Positions 59,613 through 64,000 of a stretch of 64,000 nt of DNA are shown here, in pieces. The notes below the pieces were generated by a model. The model was not told the DNA's origin. It saw only the letters and a list, made by a program, of their open reading frames with translations, and did no database searches. The stretch's first letter is position 1, and each line of letters begins with the position of its first letter. A program made the position numbers and the translations under genes. Source of the DNA: Paramoeba atlantica (lineage: Eukaryota > Protista > Discosea). The DNA lies in the NCBI GenBank assembly GCA_977017575.1, contig CDRNVI010000105.1, positions 36,946-100,945 of the forward strand. The letters are read 5' to 3'.

Positions 59613-59714
59613 TTCCCCAGAGTCCTGAAAGCTGGTTTGCAACTCTACTACCGCGTTTAACGAAAAGCCTAAATTGAAATATTATAGCCAAAAATAGCCG
59701 ATTTTCGGGTAAAA

Positions 59715-60209
59715 ATGGGGTCATTTTTGTGTATTTGTTTTCATTCACGAAATCCGATATTTGCTCGTGGGAAATCACTCGTAGGCATGAATGAAAGCCT
59801 GCCGAACGTATTGGGTAAAGAATGCGACCCCAACCCCAAGAATGGCGACCTAATGTATGATGTGGACGCAAAGCTCAGGTTACTAAAATTCCATTCGTAT
59901 AATATATATTTGTGCAAGGTAAAGGCGCACATTGGAAACAAATGGAATGAGGAGGCAGATGGTCTAGCACTTTTGGCATCACGAAAAGTGGCACGGGCTC
60001 CGACCCAAAAAAGGAGAAAAACAACTGCTAACTCGGAGGATAGTGAGAATTCACAACCGTCATGGTCTTTGAAAGCCTTACTCAAAAGGAAGTCCCTTGG
60101 AAATAAGCAAGCACGAGACATTCCATCATCGAAGCGCGAAGCTGAGGCGGAAGGGGTATTTCGAGGGAAGGTTGCGAGAGCTGGAGGTAATAGGAAACCG
60201 TCTAAGTAG
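59715..60209 (+). pseudogene. RNase H C-terminal fragment, unit 15
   Basis: Copy of 2962..3456. Confidence 0.8.
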
Positions 60210-61142
60210 GGAGAGAATTGATGGAATTATTTCTTTGCCAACTTAGAATGCCTTGAGGATTATTCATAGGTTATCGGAAAAATATTGTTTGTTTGTACCG
60301 TATCAGACACATATAAACTCTGAACGTGGAAGCGATAGATGAAAGCTTTCAAGGTGTAAACATTAAGTTTTTCAACCGACTTTACGTCGGTCTTTTGGAT
60401 TGGATATTGGATTGGACCCCAACCACACCATTCTTCCGACCCAAAAAGACCCCTTGAGGTCCGAAAAATACTTTTTCACCTATTTCAGTCGAAAATGGGT
60501 CATTTTGAGTGGCGCACCACGGCTCGAAGAAGAGATACCTTGAGAAACCAAAGGCCGAGAAAGCTAGTATAGGCCCCGAACTATCAAAATACAACAGGGG
60601 AAAGAATATTGAAAAAATATTTTCTTTGCCAGTTTTTTCGCCAAGTTGAATTTTTTTTCAAAAACATCCGAACTTGGCGGACCCGTCCTGCGGATACGAG
60701 GGGGGGCCACCCCCGGGTAGGGGGCGGAAAATAAGCGCCAACCCCGGCTACCCCTTCTGCGGGTTTTTTTCGAAAAAAAAATTTCAAAAAAAAAAATCGT
60801 GCGGTATGCCCCCCTGTGTTCCTCTTTATATTTTCACTGTTTTTGTTCACTCTTTTTTCAATAATCGAGGGTAGAGTGGTAGTTATACAACCACCGCAAT
60901 ATAATAATTAAGATATCGCCCAAAGCCCCACCATGAGCGGACAAAGAACCTGCCACTCAAATGCTTGAATTAGCGCTACCCGGCTTCACATGCGATAACT
61001 GAGTTTCGTTTTGCTCGAGAACTCACGAGATACACCTTGCCAGGGGACCCTCCAGTGTGAAGTGGGTTTCAAATCTTGAACTCATCTTTTTTGATATTTT
61101 CAAAAATATTTACTCAGTCCGCTACTTTTTTAAAATAACAAA

Positions 61143-61904
61143 TTGATGAATTTCGGGCTTCAAGTTTCCAGCCCTCCCTCATGCAAGGTATTTGTGGATG
61201 GGGTGCCAGATGTTGAAATCGAGGAAAGCGATATTTTCAAACAGAAGTTATGCGTCACGCCAAAACATCTCCAACGATCCTCCGTAATCCTGTTTTCTTC
61301 TCTTTCTCAACCCATAGGAATTTCCACGTCGAGCGGGGACCAATTCGTGTTAGACCCGGAGGGTGGAGCCGTTAACTTTACTTGTGCGAGCATGTTGAGC
61401 ATCACGTTTCACAATCTTTTAAAGAAGGAAGCAGAAAGTGTATGTAGAGATGTTCTTGGTCTTTTTCAAGACAATTTTGTTAATCCTTCATCTGGGGCCC
61501 TTTCATACGACTACGTGAGGAACCAGATTGATCAGAAATACCTTTTTAATGTTTTGAAGTTTCAGAGAATGGTTAAAAATGCAGGCAACCCATTTTACCA
61601 ATACCTTGGGAAAGACCTTTGCAGGTGGATAGTTTTGCATTCAAGTTCAAAAAAGCCCAATTTTGGATTTACACGAGGAAAAGAGTATAGTGATCTCTTA
61701 AAATTTTCTGTTAGCCAGATCATGGGGGAAGAAGTTGCGATGAGCGACCTTTATCAGCTGGTAAGGGGTGAGAAAACCTTTGATTTGCTCCTTTCTTCAA
61801 ATTTTACTGTGTTGAAAAAGTTTCTTGTGAAATTTAATGCTGAGTTTCTTTGGTTTCAAGATGAGGCTTCAAAAAAGACATTAATTTCCACAAATCCCCT
61901 TTGA
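61143..61904 (+). CDS. Orphan 253-aa protein, unit 16 (truncated unit, ORF intact)
   Basis: Copy of 418..1179. Confidence 0.7.
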   Translation: MMNFGLQVSSPPSCKVFVDGVPDVEIEESDIFKQKLCVTPKHLQRSSVILFSSLSQPIGISTSSGDQFVLDPEGGAVNFTCASMLSITFHNLLKKEAESVCRDVLGLFQDNFVNPSSGALSYDYVRNQIDQKYLFNVLKFQRMVKNAGNPFYQYLGKDLCRWIVLHSSSKKPNFGFTRGKEYSDLLKFSVSQIMGEEVAMSDLYQLVRGEKTFDLLLSSNFTVLKKFLVKFNAEFLWFQDEASKKTLISTNPL

Positions 61905-62843
61905 TTCTTAAAGTTTCCCTACTTTTGTAGACATTTCAAAAAGATGCGAAGGACCCTACTAGAGCACTTAATCATAAACAATTTTGTACATAACAAACCC
62001 CCAGAGCCACCATCATCAAAAATAATTCTCAAGAATTTCTCCTCATTGATGCAAAACGTCTCTTTTAACGCCTTTTATTTTTGTTTTCGCATAGCCGCCC
62101 CCCTCTACCACCAATAAACGCATAAACATTTATCAGCCCCAATGCTACCAAGACCCTTCACAGACAGATTTGGAAGTTCCAAGGCCGACGTCCTCTACCA
62201 GTTTTCGCTTTTCCAAGGCGGCACCAACGTTATGTTACCAACACGCTGCTTCGACGACTTGTATGACAACGCGGCCCACCCAAGAGGCTTAAACCGGGTA
62301 AGGGGGCCGGCTCCCTGATGGGAGGAGGGGAAGAAGAATCCAATCCAAAAAGAAGAAGAAGAGAAGAGAACCGGTTCCCTGATGGGAGCGCCCCTGGCGG
62401 CCGTCAGAGTACTGGGCCTAGTCGATTCTCAGCCCAGCCTCTTAGATCGAGGCCGCCGGGAATTATGCGATGAGCGGGTTCGAAACTTTGATCCCTGAAG
62501 GAAGAAGGAAGAAGGTTGCTCGACTAAATGATGCTTTCCAATGTAGGGAAGTTACTTCGACAAGTGCTTGTGTAGGCTCTAGTTGAATCTTTAGTGTCTC
62601 AACGAGGTTCTGCCAATCTTAAAGCAGAGATTTAAGCCGGGCCGAGGGGTCTGGCCTTTATTTGGGTAGCTTCTACAGAGGAAAGCGGTGTAATTGTAGT
62701 TGGAGACGGTGGGCCTTACAACCTGCAGGTTGGGGGTTATATCCCCGATATCGACAAAACTCGCAACCTGCCGGCCTCACTACAAAGGGATAGCGACCAG
62801 GAGTGCCTTCAAGTCCCACACCCAACCCCAAATCAATCATTAT

Positions 62844-64000
62844 AGAGGAAGAAAGAGGAAGAAAGAGGAAGAAAGAGGAAGAAAGAGGAAGAAAGATAAA
62901 GAAAGAGGAAGAAAGAGGAAGAAAGAGGAAGAAAGAGGAAGAAAGAGGAAGAAAGAGGAAGAAAGAGGAAGAAAGAGGAAGAAAGAGGAAGAAAGAGGAA
63001 GAAAGAGGAAGAAAGAGGAAGAAAGAGGAAGAAAGAGGAAGAAAGAGGAAGAAAGAGGAAGAAAGAGGAAGAAAGAGGAAGAAAGAGGAAGAAAGAGGAA
63101 GAAAGAGGAAGAAAGAGGAAGAAAGAGGAAGAAAGAGGAAGAAAGAGGAAGAAAGAGGAAGAAAGAGGAAGAAAGAGGAAGAAAGAGGAAGAAAGAGGAA
63201 GAAAGAGGAAGAAAGAGGAAGAAAGAGGAAGAAAGAGGAAGAAAGAGGAAGAAAGAGGAAGAAAGAGGAAGAAAGAGGAAGAAAGAGGAAGAAAGAGGAA
63301 GAAAGAGGAAGAAAGAGGAAGAAAGAGGAAGAAAGAGGAAGAAAGAGGAAGAAAGAGGAAGAAAGAGGAAGAAAGAGGAAGAAAGAGGAAGAAAGAGGAA
63401 GAAAGAGGAAGAAAGAGGAAGAAAGAGGAAGAAAGAGGAAGAAAGAGGAAGAAAGAGGAAGAAAGAGGAAGAAAGAGGAAGAAAGAGGAAGAAAGAGGAA
63501 GAAAGAGGAAGAAAGAGGAAGAAAGAGGAAGAAAGAGGAAGAAAGAGGAAGAAAGAGGAAGAAAGAGGAAGAAAGAGGAAGAAAGAGGAAGAAAGAGGAA
63601 GAAAGAGGAAGAAAGAGGAAGAAAGAGGAAGAAAGAGGAAGAAAGAGGAAGAAAGAGGAAGAAAGAGGAAGAAAGAGGAAGAAAGAGGAAGAAAGAGGAA
63701 GAAAGAGGAAGAAAGAGGAAGAAAGAGGAAGAAAGAGGAAGAAAGAGGAAGAAAGAGGAAGAAAGAGGAAGAAAGAGGAAGAAAGAGGAAGAAAGAGGAA
63801 GAAAGAGGAAGAAAGAGGAAGAAGAGGAAGAAAGAGGAAGAAAGAGGAAGAAAGAGGAAGAAAGAGGAAGAAAGAGGAAGAAAGAGGAAGAAAGAGGAAG
63901 AAAGAGGAAGAAAGAGGAAGAAAGAGGAAGAAAGAGGAAGAAAGAGGAAGAAAGAGGAAGAAAGAGGAAGAAAGAGGAAGAAAGAGGAAGAAAGAGGAAG
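62844..64000 (+). repeat. Purine-only 10-bp tandem repeat (AGAGGAAGAA)n, ~115 copies, open at window end; candidate telomeric repeat or satellite
   Basis: Directly visible. Only two variants: GAAAGATAAA at 62891-62900 and a 1-nt deletion near 63823. It starts abruptly inside array unit 16. The repeat is certain; the telomere role is inference. Confidence 0.97.

Larger units (their letters stand above)
1..62841 (+). repeat. Head-to-tail tandem array of a ~3.95-4.0 kb composite unit (15 full copies + 1 truncated), probably subtelomeric
   Basis: Position 1 sequence recurs at 3973, 7930, 11875, 15820, 19777, 23737, 28090, 32071, 36046, 40432, 44813, 48815, 52763, 56729, 60726. Spacings of the 253-aa ORF starts (3972, 3957, 3945, 3945, 3957, 3960, 4353, 3981, 3975, 4372, 4395, 4002, 3948, 3952, 4011) are fully explained by CTT copy number, a 414-bp insertion and a 14-bp deletion. 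Confidence 0.99.

Noticed and set aside
1-62841. CRISPR array, rDNA, histone or spliced-leader gene cluster as the identity of the tandem unit
   Set aside because: There is no repeat-spacer structure and no recognisable rRNA, histone or SL motifs.
1-62841. Array as a pure assembly artefact
   Set aside because: Units carry distinct linked SNPs, indels and insertions. The exact copy number still needs read confirmation.
62844-64000. Drosophila-type (AAGAG)n satellite
   Set aside because: The period is 10 with GG and AAA, not a pure AAGAG pentamer. A satellite role in general is not excluded.

Overview
This is eukaryotic-looking repetitive DNA with no prokaryotic features; the organism cannot be identified from the sequence. 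Positions 1-62841 are a head-to-tail array of a ~3.95-4.0 kb unit: 15 complete copies plus one truncated copy, nearly identical. Each unit carries: (i) an intact orphan 253-codon ORF; (ii) an internal ~88%-identical duplication whose substitution pattern points to a reading frame the ORF track misses, with a tRNA-like cloverleaf downstream of each duplicate; (iii) a hypervariable (CTT)20-44 tract; (iv) the C-terminal half of an RNase H domain followed by a 3' hairpin and (TTGGA)n tail, read as the 3' end of a non-LTR retrotransposon; (v) a GC-rich hairpin block ending in T7. Three units contain an extra 401-bp 5'-truncated insert with a 13-bp target-site duplication. It ends in the same hairpin (with a compensatory base-pair change) and a (TTGGA)4 tail. 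The last unit is cut abruptly at 62841 and followed by at least 1.15 kb of a near-perfect purine-only 10-mer (AGAGGAAGAA)n running to the window end, a candidate non-canonical telomere. All alignments and folds were done by eye; no database searches were run.
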